A stretch of DNA of 63,411 nucleotides, counting the filler, from Intoshia linei (Eukaryota > Animalia > Orthonectida), in NCBI GenBank assembly GCA_001642005.1. It is 5 parts of 5 records of this genome, joined end to end, with 100 filler letters (N's around TTAATTAATTAA, not from the genome) between each part and the next. Parts side by side here need not be neighbours in the genome. Positions count along the whole stretch, not along the records: positions 17,184 to 41,849 come from LWCA01000530.1; 4 more parts are not named here. The stretch is one strand, 5' to 3'. Below, one piece after another: positions 17,846 through 31,500 of the stretch. Both the position numbers and the translations under genes were made by a program. The stretch's first letter is position 1; every line of letters begins with the position of its first letter. Below the pieces are notes generated by a model. The model made no database searches, was not told the DNA's origin, and saw only the letters and a list, made by a program, of their open reading frames with translations.

Positions 17846-19528
17846 TTTTCTATAACAATATTTATAAAATTAAAATTTATTTTAAATGTATCAGCAGTGT
17901 ACTTTCATTTTCTCAGCGCATACTAGACTAAAAAATTAGACCACAGTTTTTCAATTTAAAGGGATGAATAAGATTGAGTTTATTAGTAAAATTTTTTAAG
18001 TGTATTGCATTGTTTTTTTTCAATTTTTTTTTAAAACTAAAATCACTTTTACAAAAAAACAATTTTAATTTTAAAATTTTTAAGTGGGTGATAGAAATAA
18101 AGCACAATCTGAATACTTCTACAAAATGGATCAATATAACGCATTTGTTAATTTTACAAAATTTTTAGCATTTTATTTTTTTGATAATATTTTACTTTAC
18201 ATTGTAGACCCAAAACCGAGCATAATAAGCTCTAATAAGCTCAATGCCACCCGAAAATAAAAATAGACCCGTAAAAAAAAAATTTAGCATACGATGCGTA
18301 GAGTCAAATAGCTCTATTCACTTTTCCAAGACTCTTGACTTGACATTTTATTTTTGGGAGGATGAGGCCCCACTCGTATATATATTAATCTCTAATTTCA
18401 TGCTATGAATGTTTATAAATTTAATTATTGTTAATTGAAAATGGTATACAGTATTAGTATTCATGTATACTATTAGTATAGTGTATTAGATTAGTTATAT
18501 AGATAAAGTAATTAGAAAGTGTTAATTATTTTGCCTTGTGTATATATAGTATAGTATATATAAATAGTATATTTAAAATTGAATACATTTTATTTCAATT
18601 TTCTATAATTTTAAATTAATACAAAATGTATTGACAAAATAGAAACATACCATACATTGTATAGCGTTGCAATGCAAAGCCGTCAAACGGATTAGCTCAA
18701 ATAAAACTGTCTAGAAACTATATCAAATATAAGTAAAACATTTTACATCTTTACAAAGATATATCCATTACGTATTGCTATCCCACACTAAAGTCGATGT
18801 ACATTAAATAATTTGACAATTTAGCTCAACTCGAAAGAAACTATAAATATCTACAAAGATTGTAATGCTGTTTTTACTCATAGATATAGTAAATGTGGAA
18901 CAAAAATTTTAACAGCTGGTGGTCCACTACACAACCTGGGATTTGGATCTTTCTGTTTTGTTTGGCTTTAATATAAAAATTTATCAGTGTATAATTATAA
19001 TAAACTTGATACATTTAATATCGAATCTTTTGTTTCTAAATTAAACAGTGCAATTTTAAATCAAGATATGTAACCTAGAAATTGTGTATCAAATGTACTA
19101 GTTTACATAGGATTATAATATTTCCTGTTGTGAATCTGAATCCCCCATATTTACATGTGATTAAATAGATTGACCGTTTTAGGCAACATTGACTATTGAA
19201 CAGAAAATCAATGTATACATGTAAGTTCTCATGAAACTTAAACTTGAAAATACTCTTTAAAGAAATTGAAATAGGTATTGATTTTAAAATGAATTTTGAC
19301 AAAACTAAATATTTGCTTTACAACTATTATTTCCAACTATACATTAAATGAAGTGGCAGGAATTGAGTAAAGGAGAATTTTGAAAAAAACATAAATTAGG
19401 TTTATTAATGAGTAATATACAAGTTTTGTATTAGTTCCTATTATTAATTAGGTTTAATGTTTTTTTAATGTAAAATTGTAATTTTGTGACTTTAAATTTG
19501 ATTATTAAATTCAAAATCATTTAGAACT

Positions 19529-22500
19529 ATGGACTCTAAAGGTAAAACAAGATTCAAAGTCAACAAAATTGAAGATGTCAAAGACCTAAATACTAATAAT
19601 GTCCAAGATAATAAAAATTTATTTGGCTTTCAAAGTCATTTGGATGTTAGTCATAATAGACGCGTCAATGGAGATATTATTTACCCTTATAGACAATTAC
19701 CTCGACAAAATAAGGACCCAATCGAAAAAAATGTTGAAGATAATCAATTAGCTTTGGATGATTCTAAAAATTTTAATGTGGTTCAGCATGGTGGTGTAAA
19801 TCCACAGTTGACTCAAAATCAACGATCTGTCTATACAACTTCATCTCAAAAAGGTTCTGGGCTGAAAAGTTCACTTTTGACTCATCCCATATCAAAAAAA
19901 ATGTGTAATGTCAATTTTATGGAAGAAATGGATACTGTTATTGAAGTTTATGATCAAGTGGATAATGAAGAGTATTACAGAAATATGATGTAATTAATCA
20001 ATATTTTTTGAATATTAGTGTGTTTACGTTTAAAACAACTCTTCAATTTCAGTAGATTGTAATATGGCGTGTGCCAAATCGTAAATGATAAAATATTTAC
20101 CGTTATACAATCACCAGTATGTTTGTTGTGATGCGTAATTTTACGGTCACAATATAATTAATAATTTCGTTATAACTAATTTCTATTTTACAAAATTTAT
20201 TTTTAATAATTTAGTTTAAAAACCAAAAATAAATCGCGTTATGCTGCTCTAAAAAATAAATTATTTGGAGCGCTAAATAAATCAAAAAACAACGATGAAA
20301 CCTTTATCAATATTAAAGATACAATGGGTTTATATCACGAAAATTATGACAAAACATTTGCAAAGCATACCAGTGAAGCTGTTCCAGATATAAATCATTA
20401 TAGAAACACACAAAATAGACCTTCTTATATTGAAAGGCCAACTATAGAAGAATTGCATGTAATTAATATAATGAATATAATATTTGAATTGACACATTTG
20501 AAACATAAATTTAAGTAACACAAAATGAATATACATACATGTATTAGGTCATAATAATTAGGGTGTTCACTTTTGATATTTTGTAAAGTTATAAAAAGTC
20601 ATTATTTAAATACTTACTTTAAATACTAATAAATGTAAGTTTTTTTTTTTATAATCTAACTTGACTATTATAGTAAAACCTGTATATCATGAACATTAAC
20701 TTTAACATTTTTTAGTGTTTACAATATCGTTATCTATAAACACTAGCTTGGCTGTTGTATACTTGTTACAAACAACACCTAGCTCTGCCGAGGGTGGACT
20801 TTCTACTTTTAATAAAAAATAAAATCTTACATAAAAATTCCACTAATGACTATAACCAACCTTAAAATAATGGTTGCCAAACGTGTCAAAACAATTTTTT
20901 ATTTTTAAATTATGGGACCATTAATTATATTAAATTTTTTGTTTGCATCATTTTTTTGTCAATTCATTAAATGATTTTCCAAAAAAAATTTAAAAAGTAA
21001 ATTACTTTTTTGAATATGAAACCTTAACTTAGCATTGAAATTTTTTATAATTTAACTGGAAAAAGCAGTACAGTCAAAATCTCATTTAACGAAAATGGCA
21101 AAACGTTAAAATAAAATATTCGTTAAATTTATTTAACGAAAATATTAGAAATGTAAAAATATCCATAGATTATGATCAATTTATTTATATTAACCCATAA
21201 TACTAACAGAGTTTACAATTTTCGACGTTCGTTAAATGAAATATTCATTAAACAAAACATTCATTAAATGAGATTTTGACTGTATTAAGTGTACTCTTTT
21301 TATACATTCTAGAACTATTTGGTTTTTTCTTAAAAATTTTTATAAAAATTCTCTTTAAAATTATGTTAAAAAAATTTTCTTAAAAACCCTGTTTAAAATC
21401 GTGGACAAAAAAATTCATAAAGTTTTTTGAAAATAAAGTACAAAAAAGTCCCGTATGTTTCTTGTGTTTGTTAACTGGAGATAACGGTATGAACTGTAAT
21501 TTTATTTCAGATTTCTGTATTTATTGTAATTTAAAATTAAAGGACTATTATCGTTTTTTGAAAAAAAGGTAATTTGGTTTTTTGGTCCTGAAGATTTATT
21601 TTTTTAAATTTAAATTTATGATAATATTTATGATTTGAAAATCTGTACCAGAGTGTATATTTTTTTTAATTCTAGAACTGGTTTGATTTTCAAAAAAAAA
21701 ATAATTAGGGTTTTTGACCAGTAAAATGTTAGTTTCTGAAATTGAAATTTATCTTACCTTCACGCATTTCTTTACCATTCACTAAATATATTTGAGTATA
21801 ATACATAATATAAATATGTTTTAAACCTCTTTTAAAGTTTTCACCTCTAATTAGAGGTGATTTATAATTTATTGAAATTAGATTTGGAATTATATATGAC
21901 TATTTTCATTCTTGTTTTAGTTATTGACTAATAAACCTGAACCAGAAAAGGAATTGGTTGATGAAACTGAAGAGACTATTGAAACGGAAAAGAGGAAAAA
22001 ATCAATAGTTAGTAAAAAGGTTCAGTTTGGATGGATACAAGGCGTATTAGTAATTATTCAAATCTTTGTATTTTTCTGTAATAATTCAATTCTATTTGAC
22101 TATTTTAACTAATCTATAAATATTAACTTATTGATCCAGGGATAGACCACTCAAAAAGCAAATTGGGATTTTTCAAATTTAAAATTGAAAATTTGATTAT
22201 TTTTTATAAAAATCGTATATTCTATCATATTTAGCACAGACAACTCTGTCCAAATTAAAGAACACGCATAATAAGCATTGCATTATATCATAAATGAGGT
22301 TTAGGTAAGCTATGTAATAATAATAAGTTGACAGTTAAGATTTGACAACAAAATAATGATGATATGTAAATATATAATTTTTTTAAATTCTGTTAAAAAT
22401 AAGGCCCATTTTACAAAAATTGTATCAAGGCACCTCTTCGATTCTGGGTACGGGAGGTTTGGCTCTGCATGCTTATTGTCTTTTCTCGATTATAAGAAGT

Positions 22501-25500
22501 CTTCTTATATTTGATAGGAAAAATGCTTATAATTAAAAACAAGCAGACTTTTAAGCAGACCTTGAAAAATATAAAAGATACACTAAAAGTTTTTTTGTAA
22601 TTAGTATAAACTTATAAATTAGATATTCTATTGTATGAAGGAACTTATTTTTTAAAAATAAATTGATATGTTGTCTATTTTTTGTTTAAAGTTTTCTTTT
22701 GAATACAAACAGAAACTGCTTATATTCAAATTTTATTTAGTTAAAAATTTCACTGAAAATTTGTATTTCAGAGGTCTGCTTATAATCGAGAAAAGACAGT
22801 AGTCATTTTGATACGTAATGAAATTGAAATTGAAATGACTATTTTATCATTTAATTTTAATTTAATATCATTAGATGCGGTGTTTACTCAATATATGGGG
22901 AGTGATATTATTTATACGAGTACCTTGGATTGTTGGACAAGCTGGAATACTACTAACTATTGTTATTATTCTTTTATCTTCTGTTGTTACAATTCTCACT
23001 ACAATTTCAATGTCTGCCATATCGACCAATGGAAATGTTAAAGAAGGTTTTTTTAGATATCTATCTTGTTTCCAATTAAGCAATTCAGACTTGGTTTTTA
23101 TATCTAACATTTTTAATACGTTTTTAATTCAGTTGATTCCTTTATTTTGTATTTCATTTATTTTTTTCAAATTCAAAATAAGCATAAGGTAACCATTTTT
23201 TAACACATAAGCAAAAACCACAAAAATAAAAAATTATTCATCAGCGACCTCTAAAATATTTATTTCATCATTTTATACATAATATGTATATATATATATA
23301 CATGTATGTATTACATATATAAATGTATACTTTAATCATACATATTATTATTAATAGTAAATACTATTACTCAATTCTTATCCAACAATAAATTTATTTT
23401 TTTTTAATATGAATTTAGGTGGAATATATTATCTCATATCAAGAACACTTGGACCCAATTTTGGAGGTCCAATTGGAATAAATTTTTCCTTGGCCAGTTC
23501 AATCGCTTCAGCAATGTATATTGTTGGATTTGCAGAAACAATTTCAGATGTTTCAGGCGTACAGTTTATTTAATTTATAACAATCATAAATAAGCTTTGC
23601 AAATTGATTTATCAATAATTGAGGAATCTATAAAACAATCAGCTAGGGATCCAATTAACCAGTTGTCTCGATTGGGACTCCTTAACAGCTTGAGGTCCAA
23701 AACTATATACTTGGGGTTCGTGACTCACAATTTGTGAGATTGATATAAAATATAGAGAAATTTTTATCAACTTTTGTTTATTTTTATAGGATAATTTTTA
23801 ATGTTTATTACAGAGATGCCAGATGTTGACAATGATCCCAAAGCCTAGACGACTGCTACATTATTATAATAAAAATCCCACTTTTATCCTATTATTAATA
23901 AAATTTAATAAAAAATTTCAAACCCTTAGGGTAAAATTAGATTAGTTTAGATTTTTTTGAAAAATCCAATTTTATCAAATATTATAAGCAACAACTTCTT
24001 TACCAAAACTCATAATATTAAAATGCAATTTTATCCTTAATGGAAAAATCCCTTTTTTCCAATATTATTTTGAAATATACGATTTTAGCAAATCGGATGA
24101 GAAAAAACTTTTTATTTTTTATAAATTTTTTATATTTCATATTTAGTTTTATTGTTATTAATAATAACTTATTATACATTATAATCTAAAATTTTCATAA
24201 ATTTCAATTTGAAGAGGCGATTTGAAAAAAATTTTTGAGTCACGATTGTATATTATAATATTACATTTTATACTTATTTAATATATTAAGTCAATGGTTC
24301 TAACACTTTTATCGTGGACTATTAAAGTGAAATTTTTTAGGCAACATTAAAAAAAATTGATCAAGACCAGTACTGGTTCGCGGACCAGAACTTGGGAAAT
24401 GTTGTACTAAGTGAAGTGTAAATAAGTGTATTATAATATACAATGTACTTAGTACATTGTACTTACTTATATATTTTGTATTTAAAAATATATTTAAATC
24501 TAGTTTGACGAATACATGGGATGGGAAAATCCAGCCTGGTCAGTACGTCTCTTTGGAGCATCAGCTTTGATTTTGTTGCATGGGATATCTTTAATGGGAA
24601 TGAAATATGAATCTAAAACTCAGTTTTTTTTCATGTTTATATTAGTTGGTAGTATGGTAAATTTTATAATTGGATCATTCATGAATAAACAAAAAGAAGA
24701 AATAATTCTTGGTCTAGGAGCCTATTCGTGTAATTCTATTTACATTAATATCATTTATATTAATCAATAAGCTAAAAATACTAAAAATTTTTCAAATTTT
24801 GATATACCGTTATTATTATATACAAATATCGACAATAGTAGTATAGAAATGTTTATAAATAGGGGAACCTTGTTTTGAATAGTAATTTTGTCTTATTTGA
24901 ATAATTTTAGTGAAGACATTTTATGACAACTTGTTACCTCAATTTTGTAATGGAGTGACTTTTGGACAAACATTTGCAATATTTTTCCCTGCGGCAACAG
25001 GTATATTAGCTGGAGCTAATATATCTGGAGATTTAAAGGTTGATTTATCTTGAATTACGAACGTTTTATTTTATTTTACTTTTTACTTTACTACACATGG
25101 CTTATTTCGCTATCAGTAAAATATATTTAATTTTTCAAAGTATTTATAATTTAGCGTTTTAATAATACAATAATATATAGTAGTATTTTAAACTTTTTGA
25201 ATAATATCGAAGAATTTATTTAAATAATTTTAATTATAGAATATAAACCAGGGGTCGGCAACAAGTGGTCACAAAATAATTTTTGTGGCCTTTAGAGTGT
25301 ATATGTAAATTTTTCAAGTTATTTTATATAACAAATGTATACACTTTTGTACCATAATTGGCTCATTTTAATCATTTTAACTGAATTTTGAGATCGCCCT
25401 GGATATTATTTTTTTTAATATACTAGAACCGTTTCTCTTCAGTTAAAATTGAAATTCATCATGTGTAAATTTTCAAAAACGGGACCCGTTTAATTTTGTG

Positions 25501-28500
25501 ATAAAAAAGTACCCCACGAGACGCAAAAGGTTGCCGACACCGGATATAGACTCATAGCATTAATAAAAATTAATTTAGGATCCACAAAAATCAATCCCAA
25601 AAGGGACATTTTTTGCAATATTGATAAGTACATTTACTTACATTATTATTGTACTTATAATTGGAGCAATTACTCATAGAATTTTTCCAATTGATAGAGT
25701 CGACTATATTTGTAATTTCTTTCATTTTTTATTTAAAATTGTGTATATAAAATACTAGGTTGACTCTTATGTACTACGTACCAAATAAATAAATTCAAGT
25801 TGAAAATCTAACTTAAAAATCCTACTATTCACTATTATCAATATTTTAAAGGAGTGGTTCCCAAACTTGTTTCAGGTGGAACCATCATATCACATTACTT
25901 TTTACTTTAAAGTGAACTATTCCATTTTAATTTTTTGTTTAACTTTTGCAGAAAGAATTTTAAAAACAATTTTTTATCCCATTTTTTTAATTTATTAGAC
26001 AGAATGTGTCTATAATATTAAAATTATACAAACCTATTTTGTCAGTTTCAATGTGATGATATATATTCAGTACCAATTTAATAAATACTTATAAATACCA
26101 ATTATGAATCAATAATTAACGGAATATTCACTTTATAAACATATTTCAGGCGAAATTTACCAATATTGCAAAGGGTTGTAATAGAAATAAAAATGATAAT
26201 AACAAAGTTGTATTACTTTTAGTAATCGTTGTTGTAGATTTAATTCAAATTTTATACAAAATGATTTGAAAATGATAATTTAAAATTTAAAAATTGCGTA
26301 GCAATGAAAAAAATTTCGAAGGAATGAATTATATAGATTTTCACCCATATTTATTGGAAATGTGTAGACGTTCAATGCACATTTTTTTTGAAATTGTAGG
26401 ATCAATATTTATATTTTCAATTTTTATTTTAAACGAAATAATTGAAAAATATTGGTTGATATTATATTAAAAATTATTTTGCACCTGGAATCCGTAGATT
26501 TCTGAGGTTAAAGTTTTGTATTTATATCAACTGGAATAAGCTCTATCAGAATAATTTTATTTTTTAATTTTGGGACCTTTAATTATTTCACATTTTTTGT
26601 TTTAATAAAATATTTCGGAAAAAAAATATATGAATACTAAAATGTTTTTTTGACCGTGAAGTCGCACTTATTCGAATTGAAATTTTCTGTGTGTGTTAAG
26701 AGGATACAACTGTAAGACCTGTAAATTTTTTGAAATTCTAGGGCTGTTTTTTATTAAAAAAAGAAGGGTAATTTGGGGTTTTGGCCTTGAAGATATATTT
26801 TTTTTAAATTTAAATTATAGAATATAATATTTGAAAATATTTATGATTTTAAAATCCGTATCATCTTATATATTTTTTTAAATTCTCCAACTCGTTTGAT
26901 TTTAAAAAAAACGACAATTGGGATTTTTGACTCGTAAGATGTGAGTTTGAGAGATTGAAATTTATTTTTCTAACACTCCCAGAAAAAAACTGTAATTGAA
27001 ATGTGGACTTTATAAAATTCTAAGACTGGCAGTTATTGAAATAAACGGGAACACACACACACAACAAATATTGCATAGCATTTTATATAAGTAAGGATGA
27101 TTATTCTAAAAATTACGTAAACAACTAAATTGACGACACTTTAAAGAAGACACTGGACATTTTGATGAATTTTTATTCATTTCTATTTTAATCCAAACTC
27201 TATTATTACAAATCTCTCACAAAGGAAATAGTTATAAAATAAAATTAAGAAAAATTAAAATTTAACAAACACATGACTTTACCAAGACCTTAATAGAAAA
27301 AGACTTTATAAACAACTCAATGAAATTATCCATTTTATCAAGCCCAAAATTTACAACTTACAACAACTAAAGGAAATTTCCAACATTTAAGTTATATACA
27401 TGGATAAATTTACCATACCCTCACGAAATCATGTCCTTACAAAACTCGAGAGTAAATAAACTTTAACATGATCAAAAAGTAATTCATTTTACCATTATAA
27501 CATGTAAGGTAATGTATTATAATTTTAAACCTTGTAAAATAATTTATCTCCAAACAACGTCAATTCGGCAATTAAATTGAGAAACGCATGTTGATGAACA
27601 TAAAATCCTAAAATAAAATTTACAACTTACTATAAATTATCAACCCATAAATAATATGGCACATGAAGGAACAAAATTTTTTCCCAGTAGGTAACTTAAA
27701 CTATGTGACTTGTGATAAACATAATTATGCATATTGTTATAAATGTAGTAAAAGTAGAGGTAGTTCACAAGTATTAAACCGATTAAAACTTGAATCGTTT
27801 CTTTTATAACGGATATCCAGTTTATACACTTTAATCTACAATTCAAGTTGTATAGTTTTATATGCATTATGATTCAGTATAAACACTATGTATATGTAAA
27901 AGAAATTACCGAGGATAATTATCTTGGTAAATTAATGTAGGAATCATTAAAAAATAGATGAAATGTTTAAGGTCGCACAATTTTCTGTCTTGATCTATTT
28001 TTTATTTGATTTATGAATGAATACAAAGAACAAAAATTAATTATTATTAAGTATTTTATATATAAGTTAAACTTATAAAATGTAATTACCAAAATTTAAA
28101 AATCCTTTGTATAAATTCTCTCGTACGAATGCATGCATTTTTATCGCCAATAAAATCTAATTTGTGATGTAAATTTTCATAATTTAAGACGGAAAGCAGT
28201 TTAATATCATGAACATTCTTTTAAGTGGACGCGACTATCGATCCAATGAAATAATGGAATATAATGTATTATTAACACACAAGTACAATTGAATAACAAT
28301 CATTGCAAGTACATTGGATATTGTACAACACTTAATTCTTACTTATACCTTCTATATATCGAATGTCTATGTTTTTTAAAATAGTTTAAACAAAAATGTA
28401 AAATTATGTTAAGGAGTTGATACTTTGGACCGACAATTTTAATTGGAATTATCCTGCATTGTGATTTTAAAGGTATTGCAGAATTGTATTACAGACAACC

Positions 28501-31500
28501 AGGAAATGGCACATAACCTTTTATTTTTATTTTTGACCAATTTTTTTAGTTATTTAAAAAATGTATGAAAACGTTAGCTTTCAGTACAGCTAACTGTGTG
28601 TAGATAAACAGACAAGGCATTTGTATATAAAAGTATACCATATATATAAACATAAGCATTTTGAACATTCCAAAATAATGAACAGATAAATACATTGGAA
28701 GTAATGTCATGTGGAGGATGAGATATAATACATAAGTTATTAACCAAAAATAATCATAGTAATCTAAAATATATTAAAAATGTAACTCGAAAACAAAAAT
28801 ACCTGGATTCGAATTTTTACTTCTCGACATCAACCAAAATTTTAACCCATGATATATAAAAATTGTTGTAAAGACTTGCATTACAGCAGAAACTTTAATC
28901 ACATTAAATATGGTATATTCATTTACAAGAAATCGACTAAATGCATTAGTATATCATAAGCCAAACCTATCGTATCCGAGACCCTTCTAGGTTGAGTTTT
29001 GGGTGGAATAAACAGGAGATGTATAGACGACATTTTTGAAAATTTATCGAATTTTTTGGCAATGTATTTATTGTCAAATTATTTATTGATGGCGACATCA
29101 TTTTTCCAAATTGAATATAAAAAAATTTTTATAGTTTTCAATATCACTACTAACTTGTGTGTTATTTTTAAATTTTATAGTCCTGGCGTTGAGATGTGGG
29201 CTGTATGATACTATAAAGTTTGCTTTTTTAAAGGGTTCTATTTTTAATTGGGATCGAGCATAGTAGGTTCGGCTTAGCCTGCATTATATGCCATGTATTA
29301 ATGTATACAAGAAAATATATAAAATAAAAAACTTACATAAAAGTGTAATTAATTTTATCTTGAAAGATAAAAAGACACGCAAAAATGACAATAACTATAG
29401 AAAAATGGTAAATTGCCTTGAAATGAGATATTTCCAATAAATCTCTAAAAATATGAATATAAAAATATTAATGTTTCCTTCATCCGATTATTAAATTGAA
29501 TCGTAACACAATTCATTTCATAGAATATGGACTTATAAATAAAACAATATAGGCACACGTACAACATTTTTGACTGAATTTTGTTACTCAGGATCTATAA
29601 ATGTCATATTTGGATATACAATAACTAAAAATTGACAAGAAACCGATTATGTAAAATTACTTAATAAATATAAATTTGTTTAAATTACGTTAAAAAGCTA
29701 TTTCTTATTACAAACTTTTTATGGTATGATAATTGTAGGAATCTAAAATTATATTTAAAATTACATTAAATTGATAAAATAATTACTTATTGTTTGACTT
29801 TTCTACGTCTTCACTGTATAATCCCATCATGATGTCCTTTTTTTTATTCAAATCTTTTATTTTTGAATCGATAATGTCTCGTAATGCAAATTGGTCATCC
29901 AATTGACTTTGTAATGACTATTAATTAATGTATTTATGATTTTAACAATTTAATATTTTAATAAATTAATTAGTTCATTTTAAATTTAACGACAATTATT
30001 AACAAAAAATATGAAATAATTAATAAAATTAATTTTTGGTAGAATTAAAAAAGTCCGCCCTCGGTAGAGATGTTTATATCGAAATATTTGAAAAATATTG
30101 GTTAATAATATATTAAAAATTATTTTTCACTGAGAATAAGTAGATTTCTGAAGTTCAAATTTTGTATTTATATCAACTGGAATAAACTCTATAAGAATAA
30201 TTTTTTTTTTAATTTTCGGACTGTTAATTATTTCAGATTTTCTGTTTTAATAAAATATTTCGGACAAAAAATATATGAAAACTAAAATGCTTTTTTGATC
30301 GTGAAGGTGTCATTTATTCAGATTGATATTTTTTTTGTGTATTAACAGAATACAACTGTACCACCTGTAATTCATTAATAAAAAAAGGGTAATTTGTGGT
30401 TTTGGCCCTGAAGATGTAATTTTTTTAAATTTAAATTTATGATAATGTTTATGATTTTAAAATACGTATCAGCGTATATATTTTTTTAAAATCTTCAACT
30501 TGTTTGATTTTCAAAGAAAATGATAATTGGAGTTTTTGACCCGTAAGATGTTAGTTTGGGAAGTTGAAATTTATCNAACAAATATTGTTGGTTAAAAAAT
30601 TCCAAAGATTGGTTACCTATTAAATATTTTTTTAATATACATATAATAAATTATATAAAAAATAATGAATTCATCAATTAGGCAATTTGTCAATTGATCA
30701 ATATGAGGCATTGGGGAATAAAGATGTTTTTGGATTGACTTATTATATTCAGGTTTTAATAGTTTATTTTTTATGTATCTGTTACATGCCGATTGAAGAA
30801 CTACTTGGAAATTTATGGATTTACTTTATAAACCCTAGCGAAAAAAATTAATTATTACCAAATCCTTAGGGAGTGGTCCATTTTTCAATGTGATTTAGAA
30901 AAAAATTTATCCTATATTCTGATTAACATAAAATATATTTTCTCAATTATAAATAATGCATAATTATAATTAAAATTGATACTTTTTCATAAAAATAATG
31001 TTAAAATGAAGTTTAATTTGCATTGTGTGACCGATAAACCTGACGTTGCCCTCAATGAGTAGTTAAGTTAATTTTTCACAAGCGTTATAAAAGTAAAAGT
31101 GGATTCCAACATACTTATTAACGATTCAGGGGTGTTAAACTCAATTTGCTATGCGGTCAAATGTAAAAAATATTACACTGGACGTTCAAAAACAAACTTT
31201 AATCAAACCATTATTAAACTAACAGTCTTAATTAATTAATAAAATGAAGTATGAAAAAATAAAAAATAAGAATAATAAAATAAATGTATAACTAATGTTA
31301 AAATTGTAATCATGAATAAATAAATCACGAAAAATATATATAAAAACTGTAAAAAAAGGAATATGTGTAAAAAATTATGTTATAAAAATAAAAATTTATA
31401 TTATAACGCGTTTAATATTATATTATTATATTATGACCCACACATTCCCTAATTGGGGGCCGCATAATTGACACCCCATGTAAAGAAATACATTCTTTTG

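Noticed and set aside
18825-18971. 48-codon frame after a TTAG (…ILTAGGPLHNLG…) resembling an exon
   Set aside because: No partner exons or convincing family match.
28999-29208. CIDDIF resembling an RT YxDD motif
   Set aside because: No other RT motifs nearby, so probably chance.
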